Shown here: piece after piece, positions 1 through 13,252 of the stretch | How positions within the stretch are numbered: position 1 is the first letter of the stretch | Layout: every line of letters begins with the position of its first letter | From: Felis catus | Lineage: Eukaryota | DNA: 64,000 nucleotides | Reading direction: 5' to 3' | Assembly: GCF_018350175.1 (NCBI RefSeq) | Contig: NC_058368.1 | Coordinates: 103,418,001-103,482,000 of the forward strand | Notes under the pieces: generated by a model | Database searches by the model: none | What the model was told of the DNA's origin: nothing | Seen by the model: the letters and a program-made list of their open reading frames with translations, nothing else | Position numbers and translations under genes: made by a program

Positions 1-183
1 CCCATGTGCCACTCACAGAGTTTTTGCTTTTTATTATGTATCATTTACAGAATGTAGTGGATATCTGTCATTAATGGAGACGACCTGAATTATGAAGTCA
101 TCTATTCATTTTAATGTTTGAGAAGCTCCTCTTTTTATGAAACCTAATGGTGGCAGCCACGATCACAGAACCCCAAAACTTTA

Positions 184-1021
184 CTTATTTACTTACTCAT
201 ATACATTTATATCCAAATTAGTTACCATAGAGTGCAGTAATGATTTCAGGAGTGAAATCCAGTGATTCGTCCCCTGCAAATAACACCCAGTGCTCATCCC
301 AGCAAGTGCCCTCCTTAATGCCCATCAACCATTTAGCCCATTCCCCCACCCAGAGCCCCTCCAGCAACCCTGTTTGTTCTCTGTATTTAAGAGTCTCTTA
401 TGGTTTGTCCCCTTCCCTGTTTTTATATATATATTTTTGCTTCCCTTCCTTTATGTTCATCTGTTTTGTATCGTAAGTTCCTCATGAGTGACATTATATG
501 ATATTTGTCTTTCTCTAACTGACTAATTTGACTTAGCATAATACACTCCAGTTCCATCCACGTTGTTGCAAACAGCAAAATTTCACTCTTTTTGAAGGTT
601 GAGTAATACTCCATTGTGTGTGTGTGTGTATGTATATATATATATATATACATACACACACACCACATCTTCTTTATCCATTCATCAGTTGATGGACATT
701 TGGGCTCCTCCCATACTTTGGCTCTTGTTGGTAGTGCTGCTATAAAATATAAACATTGCGGTGCATGTGTCCCTTCGAAACAGCACACCTGTATCCTGTG
801 GATAAATGCCTAGTAGTGCAATTGCTGGGTCGTAGGGTAGTTCTATTTTTAGTTTTTTGAGGAAGGAACCTCCATACTGTTTTCCAGAGTGGCTACACCG
901 GGCTGCAATCCCACCAGCAATGAAAAAGGGTTCCTCTTTCTCCGCATCCTTGCCAACATCTTTTATTGTCTGAGTTGTTAATTTTTGCCATTCTGATAGG
1001 TGTGAGGTGGCATCTCAGAGT
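184..1021 (-). mobile_element. 5'-truncated carnivore LINE-1 (ORF2 3' end plus 3'UTR)
   Basis: The minus-strand ORF contains L1 ORF2 C-terminal motifs (PKCPSTDEWIKKMW, MEYYS, FATTWMELE). A 16-bp TSD GAACCCCAAAACTTTA lies at 168-183 and 1022-1037. There is an internal (TG)/(TA)/(CA) microsatellite at about 615-662. Confidence 0.93.
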
Positions 1022-1039
1022 GAACCCCAAAACTTTAGA

Positions 1040-1615
1040 AGACCACTTTCCCAAGTAGCTCTGCCAAGTGACTCAGAATCCACAAATCAGAGGCACACAC
1101 TTTGGCGTAGAAGCTCATACACGAACAAGTTCTCTCTGGTAGTGGGAGCTTCTCCCATGTTGGGACAGAAAGGGGGGTGGTTCCTTGATGACAAGCACAA
1201 GGTGTTAAGGGAAATATCCAGTCCTATTTCACACCAGGCCACCTGTGTGGTGTTTGAGGCATTATTTCCAAATATTTCATCTCTATTCTGGTTCTTCAGT
1301 TCCACCAAGGTTTCTAAGAGCTCCATAACATCCTTTAAGAAGACTCCTTTTCTGTTTAAAAGCTGGTTTCCTGTGGCATGTGGGTGGCTCAGTCCATTAG
1401 GCATCTGACTCTTGATTTTGGCTCAGGCCATGATCTCATGGTTCGTTAGTGAGTACAAGCCCCACGTGGATTCTCCTGGGAGAATCTCCTCTCTTTCTCT
1501 GTCTGTCCTGCTTGTGCACTCTCTCTTTCTCTCTCTCTCTCAAAAAAAAAAAATAAATAATTTTTTTTTAAAAGTTGGATTTTGCTGCTTGCATTTAAGA
1601 GCCCTGTTTGACACA
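1040..1615 (+). mobile_element. Old MaLR (MLT1-type) LTR remnant, interrupted by a SINE
   Basis: The 3' end TTGGATTTTGCTGCTTGCATTTAAGAGCCCTGTTTGACACA resembles MLT1 LTR termini. Boundaries are approximate. Confidence 0.4.
1373..1570 (+). mobile_element. Can-SINE (SINEC), internally deleted
   Basis: GGGTGGCTCAGTC head, GGCTCAGGCCATGATCTC body, (CT)n tract and A tail. Degenerate TSD TAAAAGCTGG/TAAAAGTTGG. Confidence 0.88.
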
Positions 1616-2267
1616 TACGTCTCATGTCATATACCCAAGGATATCCAACGTCAAATTCATGAGGACGCTGGATTTTTGTTATTATTTTTTATCAACTAGT
1701 CACACTGCCTGACATACTTGGGTTCTTCAGAGCTTATCGGATAAATGATTTCTTGTATTTCAGTTTCCCTTTTAATATGAGGGATAAGATATAAAGAGGG
1801 TTGGATACATATTCTTTACCTTCTAAATACGGTTTTAATTGCTTCACATGAACCTCACAGAGTTAAACAGAATTACCCTTACATAAGCCTTTTTATTGTA
1901 CCACAAAATCATATTTGGCAGAGTATCTTGGTCTCCTTGGAGAACACTATTGATATGTGTGTGTGTCTAAGAAAGAAATCTCTCCTGCATTCTTTGGTTC
2001 CCAGTGTGGAAAATCGTGAGCCACTGCTGTGTATTATCTGATGACCGTTCCTCTTTTCTTTAGCTTAGGCGCAGAGAGCTACAAATAGCGCCCAAGGAAT
2101 AGTAACCTAAGGTATAAAAAACAATAAAATAGCATCCCTGACTTGAGAGTTCAGAAGCTAAGTTTCAAGTGAGAATCATCAATGATATGAAATACATGAC
2201 ACTAACTTGCATCCAGCAATAGAATCTTCAAGTAATAAGTGCCAAGTTGGGGGCGCTCTACCTGTAA

Positions 2268-2412
2268 GCATTTGACATATATTATCTCAATTCTCACAAC
2301 AGCCACACATAGGCATTAATATGGACATTTTACTATTGAATAGAGTTTCAGAGAAGCTGAGGATCTTGCCTAAGGTTATATCATCAGAAGGTTGCTGAAC
2401 AAGGATTTGAAA
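2268..2412 (-). mobile_element. MIR SINE
   Basis: Matches the reverse-complemented MIR core (TTCTCACAACAGCC...TCAGAGAAGCTGAGGATCTTGCCTAAGGTTA...AGGATTTGAA). Confidence 0.7.
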
Positions 2413-3444
2413 AATGGATTTATTGGAATCCATTCTCCACTACCACACTGCTTCCTTCGAGGACGGTAGGTAAAACTGACATTTCTCTCACTAAAGCTCT
2501 CCCTTTCACAGACAGGGAAATAAAGCTGAGCGGGCCAGAGCCATATCCCTGTCTTAGAACAATGCCATATACACGGAAGAGAACATAATGAACGGCTTGC
2601 TGGAAGATGATTACTGTTTTTATCATTTTAGTGTTCAAATTAATTACATATGTTTACAGCTGCTATTCCTATTCAGTTGTTTCTCAAGCTCCAAGCACAG
2701 CCCTCAATCATAAGATCCTGATAAGAAAATAATTGAGTACCATAACATACCACAGTGCAAATATTACTATTTCGCAGCCATTAGACTAAACAAATTATAA
2801 GGTAATAAATATCAGAATGATGCACAGAGTAAAATTAATTACTGGGCAAATGTGACAGAAGAGGCCATGGTATTCAAAGCCAAGTGAAAAGTAAAAAGTC
2901 AGCTATGAAAGTGACTTCAAATACAAAAACCTTTAGCAAGTGGCTAGCATTGGTCAATTCAGAGCAGTCAGTTCAGAGCATCCATCAAAGCAAAACCAAC
3001 CTGAACAAGAGGAAGTGAGAGGCTGGCTGAGGACAAAAGGAACCCCTCTTTCCAGAAGTTTCCTTTATGCTTTTTACCACCCAGTCCCCCCAAAGGCAAT
3101 CATTTTCAAATCTACAGATTTGGTTTGTCTGTTCTTAGACTTCACATAAATAATTACACATTATGAATACATAATGTGTTATTTTTATCAGATACAAAAC
3201 AGACTGTATCCATCAGGCCTATCATGAGATGGATCTCACATTCTACAACTCAGAATTCCCAGAGCTTTTATGGTACTGGGAAAACCTGATTACAGCTTGA
3301 CTTCCAGCCAATAGCATGACTATCAGGGTGCCACAGAGACCCCAAGAGCATTCTGTGTTGGAACCAGAGTGTCACGTTGTCTGCAGGAGATGGCCCCTCT
3401 TGGATTTAAGCAACTGGTGACAAAATCAGAACGTGGCTCCTCAA

Positions 3445-4045
3445 AACCTAACTGCTGGGTTCAAATTCCACCTTTCTCCTCTTAGCAGACTGGCCCTGGG
3501 CAGCTGTTTTAACTTTTCTATTTGCCCCTCCAGTTCCAATCTCCATCCACTCTTTTTTACCCTGAGAAAATTGATCTTCATGCAAATGTGTGCTCTGGGT
3601 TGACACTGGGTTCAGCCAGTAGGGACTGCAGGATTGCAGAAGATAGGAAGTAAGGTCCAGGTATTTATTCTTCTAGCTCCCTACAGTAGGGTTTGCCTTA
3701 GCTGACTGGCTCTGCTGAAATCACTCTCAAGACACCTCCTCTCCCTGGGCTTCTCTCCGGTAAGAGCCCTTCTTCAGTTATTCTAGGGCCAGGATACTGC
3801 ACTATTCTTTGTGATTCCCCTACTCTCCTTTCACATTTTGCAAATACTTTAAAGCAAACAAAATTAAACTAACAGGAAATGAAAAAAAAAGAGTAAAAAA
3901 ACCCCAAATGAATAAACTCAAATTATCCCAATTTGAGTGTGCTCTCTGTGTCCAATTTCTTCATCTGAAACACTTTGGAATTCCTACTTCGCTTATGAAC
4001 GTGAAATGAGTACACATGGTGCTTAGAATAGCATCATCGGGTGGG
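3445..4045 (+). mobile_element. MIR split by an LTR33-like insertion
   Basis: CTGGGTTCAAATTCC...CCCTGGGCAG at 3455-3520 resumes as TTTCTTCATCTG...GCTTAGAATAG at about 3955-4045. Confidence 0.55.
3522..3953 (+). mobile_element. LTR33-like ERVL solo LTR
   Basis: Contains AGGTCCAGGTATTTATTC and the terminal AATAAACTCAAATTATCCCAATTTGAGTGTG, typical of LTR33. Confidence 0.65.
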
Positions 4046-4433
4046 AAGTACATGCTCACTGAGTGTTGAGGTGGAAGAAAACTGGAGAACGTCGCTCTGC
4101 TTGCACCTGCCTGACACTATTAAGGCAGACAGTCCTCCCTGCTGGCACATTACCTCAGAAGCAGAGCCACACCTTCAGTGAATAGTTCTTCTCGATACGG
4201 TAGCAAAGGGAGAATAATCTTCTCCCCAGTATGATGCTCAGTTTTGGCTACCTACGGCTAAGGTAGACCCTTACTTTCACTCTCAAGCACAGTGACTCCT
4301 TCCAAAGATACTCACTGTGCTGAATGTGACGGAGTCGGAGGACCTCACTAGGGTCAGCTGTAGGACATGTCACCAAATAGTGCTATGTCCGGTCTGGCTA
4401 CTTGCATTGACTCCAGACCATTATTCAAGCTCC

Positions 4434-4799
4434 GTATTAGTTTGCTACGGCTGCCATAATGAACTACCCAGACTGGGTGGCTTAAATAGCAGAAATGTAT
4501 TTTCTCACACCCAAGATCAAGGAGTTGACAGGTTTGGCTTCCCTGGAGGCCTCGCTCCTTGGCTTGCATAAGGCTGCCTTCTCCTCAGGCCTTCACTTGA
4601 CCTTTTCTATCTGTATGCAAACTTCCTCTTCTTATAAGGACACCAATCACATTGGATTAGTCCCTAACCTAATGGACCTAGTTCTGACTTAATTACCTTT
4701 TTAAACACCCTATCTCCAAATAGGGCCATACTCTAAGGTACTGAGGGTTTGGACTTCAACATATGAATTTGAGGGGGGCACACACAACTCAGCCCATAA
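4434..4799 (-). mobile_element. MaLR solo LTR (MLT1A/B-like)
   Basis: Starts GTATTAGTTTGCTACGGCTGCCATAA, has CTTCTTATAAGGACACCAATCACATTGGATTAG and ends CAACTCAGCCCATAA. Confidence 0.85.
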
Positions 4800-5113
4800 G
4801 CTCTCTCTCTGCCCATGGTAATTTCTACCATGTAGAAATTCTACCATGTAGTGTGGAGGGGCTATTTATTTTTGCCATCTGACCTTACTTGGGAAGATCT
4901 CAATCTATCAGGAATGTTCCAGTTATTGCTACTACTACAAAAAATAAAAGTGAAGTGAGGAAGCATGTGGTTCCCTTTTCAGCAAGTGGCTTCTCCATTC
5001 CCTACACACAGTTTTTTTGCCACCAAGCAACAAGGGCAATACGTAAAGGTCCAAGGACAACTGGTGCTTGATATTTACACAAGTAAAAGGATCACTCAAA
5101 TTCTTCTTCTTGA

Positions 5114-5286
5114 GGGGGCACCTGGGTGGCTCAGTCAATTAACCATCCACCTCTTGATTTTGGCTCAGATCACGATCTCACGGTTCATGAGATCAAGCTC
5201 CCTCTAGGGCTCTGCGCTGGGTGTCAACCTGCTTAAGATTCTCTGTCTCACGCTCCCTCTGCTCACTCTCTCTTGCTCTCTCAAAA
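5114..5286 (+). mobile_element. Can-SINE
   Basis: GGGGCACCTGGGTGGCTCAGTC head, CT-rich body and very short tail. Confidence 0.9.
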
Positions 5287-6929
5287 TCTTCTGGATTCTG
5301 GGACATCCTCCAAAACCGTGTGTGGTTGGGTGCCTCCAGGATGGAGGTAGACAGACTAGCAACTCCTGAAAAGCAACTTTTCTGTCCTCTAACTAAAACA
5401 ATGATAAATAAATAAATAGTAACAAGAAAAATACAAACAAAAAAAACCCCACAAGAAACAAAACAAACAAAAAAGCATGTAATTTCCTTTACCAGTCATC
5501 CCAGGCCACCACAATTACAAGACTGATTAAACACTGAAGCTGACTACAAATTGTAGAATTACCAACCCACTAGCTATTTTTAAACATAACAGAAAACCAT
5601 TCACCTTCAGTAGTTAACTATTGGTATGCCTGGAAGCAGGAGCCTGAACCAGATGACCTCTTGAGATGACTTTGTTGTCCAATGATGTCATGAAATTAAA
5701 TGGCTAGCAGCCTGGAGGAATACAAAGTAAGTCTAACTCTAATCCTTAGGATGACATGGCGAGAGCAGGTGCACCTGTATTAATCAGCATGTGGCAAAGA
5801 TGCTTATGCCTGCTAATGAGATGACAGTGCTGTGTTGTGCAAACTGTCAGGGTGAAGGCATCCCTGCCTGGCACCTATGCCCTTGGGCACTTGTCCAATC
5901 ACCATGCGAACAGCAGCCGCTGAGCAGGACAGGCTGTAGAGATAGAATTCATGTGCATAAAATCTCTCTCTAAGACCATTACTTCCACTCACTGACACAC
6001 TAACTCTGCTAAACACACTAACAGGGAAAATTCTGGTTCACACTGAAATAACATTAAAAAATGGGGACTTGCTTCTGTAGCCACAGAAGGGCTTCACTAT
6101 AATAGCCAAGAGAAAAAGAAATTAATGCTCATGCCATCTCTCCCCTGTGGTGTTCTATGACTTACAAAGCTTGGGCTGAGACTTTTAAAATATTGCGTAT
6201 TAAATCTTGCTGAACATTAGGAATAAAGTAATGGGAAGAGAATACTGTATTTTATATCTATGATTTCCTTTCATAGAACACTGTCTTACCATTTTAGGAA
6301 GAAAGGGCAGAATAATCCCATAATGAAACTATTTATTACACCATTCTATTTTCATAAGAACCTTGTTCTCATTGCTTCTTATATAACGAGAACTAAATAA
6401 AATGCTAGTTAAAATATATATTTTTGCTTCCATATATAAACAGATGAAACCATTCAATTCAATGAAGTAGGATGGAGCATTAACCTTAGGAGAACAAGGG
6501 TTCATGACTAAGGATTGATGGAATGATTCTGTGTTTTATCAAATCACTTAAGCCAAAATGGAGTGTAAGTTAATTGGCTATTTCAAAGCAGTGCAAAGAC
6601 AGTTTCATGGTTTAAAAAGCATCCGTTTCCATTATCATCAATGTGATAAGTATAAAGCCATTTTACATTGTTTCTACATGCTTTTATTGTATAGAAAGGG
6701 AAATGCATTATATTATGTCAAGATAGGTGGATTTTTTTCAGCATTGCTTCTTTGTGAAAATACACAACTTAGGATACATAGTCCAAAAAATTAAAAAATT
6801 AAGCACTAGAGAATCATACAGATGGAATGATGTTGCTCTACTTTCAGTGTAGAAAAAAATGTGTTCCACAATATTTGTGTTCCATAATTCTTCTCTCTTT
6901 TTGCCCCATCCTCTCCAATGCTGGGCAGA

Positions 6930-7350
6930 CATTATGCATTTATTCAAGAACAGATAGTGCCCGTTCTGTGCAAGGTTCCTGTTAGGTCATGGAGCTATTG
7001 AAGGGAATGATAGCAACAAAGTCCCTGATATTCTGGAGTTTACACATTCTTCATATTATATGAAAAAACAACTCAACAATTACTTTGATAAAATATTTTC
7101 AGGCACTACAAAGTGCAATAAAAATAAAACAGAGTAGGAGAGTCAGGGTGAAGATCCTAACACAGTGGTCAAGGGAGGTCTAAGAAGGTGACATTGGAGC
7201 TGACGTTGAATGAAATAAGGAAACAAAAAGATTTAGAAACAGCCATAGATGGAGGGAAAGCATGGAGACAGGTCTAGAGATTCCTTGCTGGATATGTCCA
7301 AGGCAGAGGAAAAAGATCAGCGAGGTGAGAGCAGAGGGAAGGGTGGCTGC
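6930..7350 (-). mobile_element. L2 LINE 3' fragment
   Basis: CATTTATTCAAG...AACAAAGTCCCTG...GAAGGTGACATTGGAGCTGA is the usual reverse-strand L2 3' pattern. Confidence 0.65.
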
Positions 7351-7374
7351 TTTTAAGAATATATACTAGTAGCT

Positions 7375-7560
7375 GAGACATGACGCTTCTGCTTACATCT
7401 TATCAGTCAGAACTTGGTCACACAGCCAAATCCAGTTGTAAAAAAAATGATGGACAACAAGGCTTTGTGGGTAGCCATGTGCCCAGCTAAAATTTGGGAT
7501 TCTATTACTAAAAAAGCAGGAACTCTGATAGTGGGCATAGGAAATACTGGTATCTGTTGT
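7375..7560 (-). mobile_element. MLT1J/K-like LTR fragment
   Basis: CTTCTGCTTACATCTTATCAGTCAGAACTTGGTCACACAGCC...CCATGTGCCCAGCTAAAA. Confidence 0.6.
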
Positions 7561-7689
7561 ATACTTCTAATTTTGTCAGGATTAGAGGTACTTTTCTTTT
7601 CTCATTATTTTTTTTTGTTTAAAGTTATTAATTTTTACAAATGAACACTAATTTCAGAGTGTTCATTAATTACAATCTGTTTCTGTTTT

Positions 7690-8250
7690 CCAAACCTATT
7701 CATTTCTGACCTTAGTACTGTTACTTTCTTCCTTTAAGTGTCCTTTGGTTTTGGTTTTATTTCAACCTGATACCTAGTCATTTCTTAATATGTTACACAG
7801 ACACTTGAGTAACTTCCTATTATTCCTTTGGAGGCAATATTGTAAGCAAATCAATGGTAACCAACTTCATTACGTTATTCTGTCCTGTGTATCCCTACTT
7901 ATTTGATCTGATCAGTTGCTTTCAGTTACTTATACTTTTTGCTGCTTTTTATTTTTCCCAGAATTTAACCAATTTCCTCCTCATCTTCAGTTGTGTCATA
8001 TCTTCTTTCAACCTCTGTATCACCTACTTTATCATTTTTAGTTCCAGAGTTATTTTTTTTCAATTTCTTTCACTTCTTGGAAATTGTTCTGTTCCTATTT
8101 ACGTGCATTAGGCATAATTGTGTTCTTACTCTGCCTTTTGAATGCCAAATTTTGATCCCCAATTTTTCTTATAACATCTTTGCTGGGTGTCCAATTATTT
8201 TTGAGCTAAGCAAGAAGCCACTTTGAGTAGCAAGCAGTGGGAGTTTCTTG
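7690..8250 (-). mobile_element. Ancient L1 (L1ME/HAL1-like) ORF1 remnant
   Basis: Strongly T-rich degenerate tract whose reverse complement reads like A-rich L1 ORF1 sequence. Confidence 0.4.
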
Positions 8251-10399
8251 CCTTCAGCAATTTTCTCACCAACAAAGATATAAATTTCTTTCTGACTAAA
8301 GACAGATATTTAGCAAGATGCTTTGGGTTTGTGTATATGTGAGTGTCTTGATTTAGCCATTACTCATCCTTCAAGCTGACCAAGATCAGTAGCCTCAGGG
8401 ATGCTTGTCACCACTTTTTCCTCCTTCTAACACCTGGGTCTCTGCTCAGCCCCAAGTTCCTTAACATTCCATATGGTTCCCCAGGTTTTAGGGAGCCTCG
8501 TACTTCTATTCCTCATACCTAAACATTGTTCTAAGCATGGGGTTGTAGGTTTAAGCTTTCAGGGTTTGCCCCCAATTTGAAGAACTCTTCATTCTGCAGA
8601 AAATCTATATAGACAGCTATCCACCCCATGTTATCTATCATACTAGTCCAACTACTAAAGTATTTTCTTCATATATTGCTGTTTGGAGTTATAAGCCGTT
8701 CTTATTTTCCTGGGAGATTGATTCACCTTTTCTATTTTTCATTCTCTTATAATTGGGTTTGGCTTCAGAAAGAAGGGTAATTGGATCAAAGATAATTGTA
8801 CACTGACATCCCAGACTGGGAGCCCTAAATATTTTTTTCTTGATGGGGATGTGTTACACTGAGTGTAAAAATGGAGAAGCCATGATTATCTATGGCAGAG
8901 GACATATATCACATCATAAGTAAAAACAGGGGCATGGTGTGCTGGAGTTTGAAAGCAAATCTTGATCTAATTTAACAAAATAATGACAAATAGTTCAACA
9001 CGAAGAAAAGACAACTCTTTTTTTCATGGGAGGAAATTCTGTACAATTGAAAATAAGGAAATTTATCATTATTATATTCCAATACCCTAAAGATCATTTA
9101 GTGACCCAGCTATTAACATACAGTCCTGCGGCAAAAATTTCACAGCTACTTAGGGCTTCCAATAAATTCAATTAAGGATAAGCAGCTGCCTTAAACTACA
9201 TTTGCATTTCATTTACATAAATCTAATGCTTTAGACAGGTCATCTGATTTTGTTTTTACTCCGATATCATTGTTATCATTTGTGATAGTAGGTCTTACCA
9301 AGGGTGAAAAGGAATACATAATCATTTTTATCTGAGCACAGAGAGATCATTTATAAGCTTTGCCCCCCATTATCATCAATGAGAATTAAAGATTTAAATA
9401 GCCATGACTAAAGTACAGATTGTATCCCTCTGTTTCTGAACTCATTATGACCTATAGAAGTGTGTGTACTGACACGACATAATTATGAGGAACAACATCA
9501 TTATAATACAAGGAACGCTAACTGGGGTGCTGCTTCTTTTATTCTTTAGCAACTCTCTCTCCAATTTCAAATGAAAAAGGTCTTGCTTCAACTAAATTAT
9601 TAATGTTGTAATAATCTGTCATTAGAATCAATAACTGCTTTATTATTCATAGTGCATATAGTGCTAAAATGGACCCTCTCTGAAATAAATTTAGTGCCTT
9701 GTCACAATACAATATGATTTTACAATATTGCTAATGTCCACAAAGCATTCAAATATAGAATATCGACATGTCAGAGATTTATGACAAATGGGAGGAGAAG
9801 ATGAATCTAGGTTAAGCTTTCATGTCACTTGACTGAGGTCAAAAAAATCAATACTATTCATAATGTATCTTTCAGGCACAGTTAAATGAAAAACCTTCAG
9901 AGCACAGACTTTTTCAATCCTTTACCTCAGCAATAGAAATATTCCAGAATTGGGATTAAAAGAGAAAATGAATGAAAACTAATTGGTAGGAAAGTAAGGC
10001 AATCACATTTTGGGAAAGTACAGTGACTCAGGAACAGGGAGCTGGATATATACCCAATGTGCTTTGCCCATTCTGTTCCTTACTTTTATCTGCAGGCATG
10101 TTTAATACTTATGAAATCTAGGAATGATGCAGGTAATATGCACACCTCTCTTCTCAACTTCAGCTTTTATGGATTTTATAACATGAAAATAGGCAGAAAC
10201 TGCTTTTTTATTTTTTTAATTTACTATTTCCTAATTCTGTCCAAGCAACATGACTTTTAGGTACACACTGACCACAGTGCTTGATACCGCTAATCATTTC
10301 CATCCCTAATAACTAGAGTAGATCAAATATCTACTTCCCCATGTCACTCAGAGGTTTAGAAACGGGCAAGTCTCCATGGCTGGTCATTGATACACAAGG

Positions 10400-10722
10400 A
10401 AAAGTCAGTTGGGAATTTTGGGGAGAAGACTCTTCCTTCTTCGAAAGAAGACCCAGAAGAAACAATGTCATTCTTCCTCCTCTAAATTTTATCTAGTGAC
10501 TTAGGGAACTGCTCCAAACATCTTGAAACTCTGAGGGAAGTCAGCTGATTTGCAAAGGATGCAGAGCAACAGATAAAAGAACCTGATTACTTCATAAAGG
10601 GTATTCAAATTAGTCGGATGATCACCTTACCTTTAAACTATTGGTATTTAAGATAAATATCCGATTTTAAGCCAGTTCGAAGCACAGTTCTATGTTATAG
10701 TCAAAAACTATTCTGACTGATG
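10400..10722 (+). mobile_element. MLT1I/J-like LTR
   Basis: GGATGCAGAGCAACAGATAAAAGAACCTG and terminal TTTAAGCCAGTT...ATTCTGACTGATGC. Confidence 0.6.
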
Positions 10723-12538
10723 CTATCACTCATCATTAGACATTAAAGATTATTGTTCATATTTTCATATTTTTCTTTGGTGTGAAGAGACTATAGTCTG
10801 TAACTTTCTCACCCATGGAATTAAAATGACTAATAAACCTGATCCCAAAAACACTGAATGCATTTTTGCTCAGAGAAATGATAGCAGTCCAGATTTATGG
10901 ATTCAACATGCACTTGGATATTTCTACAAAGCCTGTTTTTTTATTTCTGAAAGGTTTTCAAGTGTTGGGATAATTTCAAATAATTCTACTAATCGGATGG
11001 TCCAAAGCAATGGTTCTCCTTATGTACTTTCAATAAACATTCACTCACTGCATAGTAAGAAAGGCAGACACAAAATTTGACAAGTGCAGTGAAAGACATT
11101 ATCCCCAGGATATTCTGGGAACATGAAAGACAGGTACTACCTAATCTAGCCTGAAAAAAAAAAAAGGAAGTATCAGAAAAGGTTTTCTGGAAAACATTAG
11201 TCCGAGCTCAATCTGGAACAATGATCAGGGGCTTGCTAGATGAAAGGAAGATATAATGTGAGGGTATAAAGAACAGAAAAGCAAACAGACCAATATAATG
11301 GAAAGGCATGTGTGTTAGAATTATGAGTCCAGGGACTGAGGCAAGGAGTGACAAAAGATGAGGCTAAAGCAAACAGCATAATATTGTGGTTAAAAGCAAG
11401 GGTTTAAGAATCACAAGTTTCTGAATGTCAATCACTCAATCAATAACTACCAAGTTCCAATTATATATCCAGCTCTGTGATAGACATTAGTAATACAATA
11501 GCAACCTTTATTTTCATAGAGGGTACATTCTAGAGAATTGGAGTGACAAAATAAAACAAAGAGATAAAAATCTTTCTAAATAGGATGGTCAGGGTGGATC
11601 TCCTGGGGAAGGTGACAGGTTGAACTTACCAGCTCAAAGGAACACAGCTTTGCTAAGAAATGAGAAAGGCCATCTCAGAAGGCCTTGCGTGTATACCATC
11701 CAGTCACAAACCCTTCTTTCCACCAAAGGAAAACTATCTTCCAACAAGAAGGGAAATCATTTCCTTGTTTTTCTTTGTATCACCCAAGTATGGAACACAA
11801 GTACTATAGTTTAATTTTGCCCGTATTTTCTTTTCAGTTTATATAACTCAAGTTTCTTCTCATTTATTGGTTCACCCTCCATCCAATACTTTTTCTTGCA
11901 TGTATCTATCAAATAATCTTGGTCATTTAATCTGTGAAGTCACCCACCAGGAGAGAAAACGAAATTTTTATCAATCTCCTTTTGGACAGCTCTTCAGGGC
12001 ATATTATCTCCTCTTTTAGAGATTTCAGAAATAATATTCTTAGAGGACCCACTCTTAACTTCCACAAGGAAAGATTTTCCTTTAGCTTATTACCTTTTTC
12101 AGGGTGGAACGCCTTATGTGACTTACAAACCGGGTAAGAAAAATTTGCAAGAGTTGACTCAACTTCTTTCTTCCCTCTTAAGAGCAACTGATCAGGGAGA
12201 GTGTCATTTTCTATTTCTTCTGGGCATCTTCCAATAAGCAGGGGGTAGACAGTGGAGTTGGTAGAGATGTCTGCCCTCGTCCAGCCTAACTCTGACTAGA
12301 AGTTCCCGCAAATCCACATGGCTAACTTCTAGCCTGGTCCTCCATTGGGCCTCGCCTACTAACAAGAGTGGAATTTGGGCTCACTGCAATCATTAGCTTC
12401 ATTTCTAAAATTTTTCAAAGCTCTGCAAAGCACAACTGGTGGTCATTTTATCCTAAGATTCACTGTGTAAGCATGTGCAAATCATCATGAATAATAACTT
12501 ATTTAAGTAACAAGCACATTTCTAAAAAAGTGAGTTGA

Positions 12539-12661
12539 GGGATGCCTGTTGGCTCATTAAGTTGAATGTCCAACTCTTGATTTCAGCTCAGGTCATGATC
12601 CCAGGGTTGTGGGAATGAGTCCCACATCAGGCTCTGCGCTGAGCATGAAGCCTGCTTAGGG

Positions 12662-12692
<31 letters not shown>

Positions 12693-12750
12693 TGACCCTC
12701 CCCCACTCACAAGCACTCAAACTCTTTCTTAAATAATAAATAAACAAATA
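12539..12750 (+). mobile_element. Can-SINE
   Basis: CAGCTCAGGTCATGATCCCAGG body, (CT)n tract and AATAAA tail. Confidence 0.9.
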
Positions 12751-13058
12751 AGCTGAAATACAGACTCTGTAATTTGAATCATTTAATCTTTAAATGGTAT
12801 TAAGGCTGAGCATCATTTTTTTAAAGTAATCCTTTGGTGAACTTAATTATTTGTTACATTTAAGTATGTTCCATACCTTCAGTATCATCTTATCAGGTTT
12901 GTTTGCTGAAATATTTACAGAGGTTTCATAAACACAAAGTCAGATACTCAGAATAGACTCTTAAATGACAACACTGAGTTCAGGCAATGAGTATTGCATA
13001 CAAGGTTTTGGCAGGAATTCCACAGAATTTTGGAAACTTAAAATGTAGAACATTGTAC

Positions 13059-13252
13059 GGGGCACCTGGGTGGCTCAGTCGGTTAAGTGTCCAACTTTGG
13101 CTCAGGTCATGATCTCATGGTTTGTGGGTTCGAGCCCCATGTGGGGTCCTGTGCTGACAGCTCAGAGCCTGGGGCCTGCTTCAGATTTTGTCTCCATCTC
13201 TCTCTGCCCCTCCCCCACTCATGCTCTGTCTCTCAAAAATAAATGTTAAAAA
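13059..13252 (+). mobile_element. Felid Can-SINE (SINEC_Fc2-like)
   Basis: Full head and B box GGTTCGAGCCC. TSD AAAATGTAGAACA(T/G)TGTA at 13040-13057 and 13253-13270. Confidence 0.95.

Noticed and set aside
1007..1408. 133-aa and 105-aa antiparallel ORFs
   Set aside because: They run across L1, LTR remnant and SINE boundaries, so they are chance open frames.
4820..4840. AATTTCTAC...GTAGA resembles a Cas12a CRISPR direct-repeat stem
   Set aside because: Single occurrence, no spacers or cas genes, mammalian context. A local hairpin and duplication explains it.
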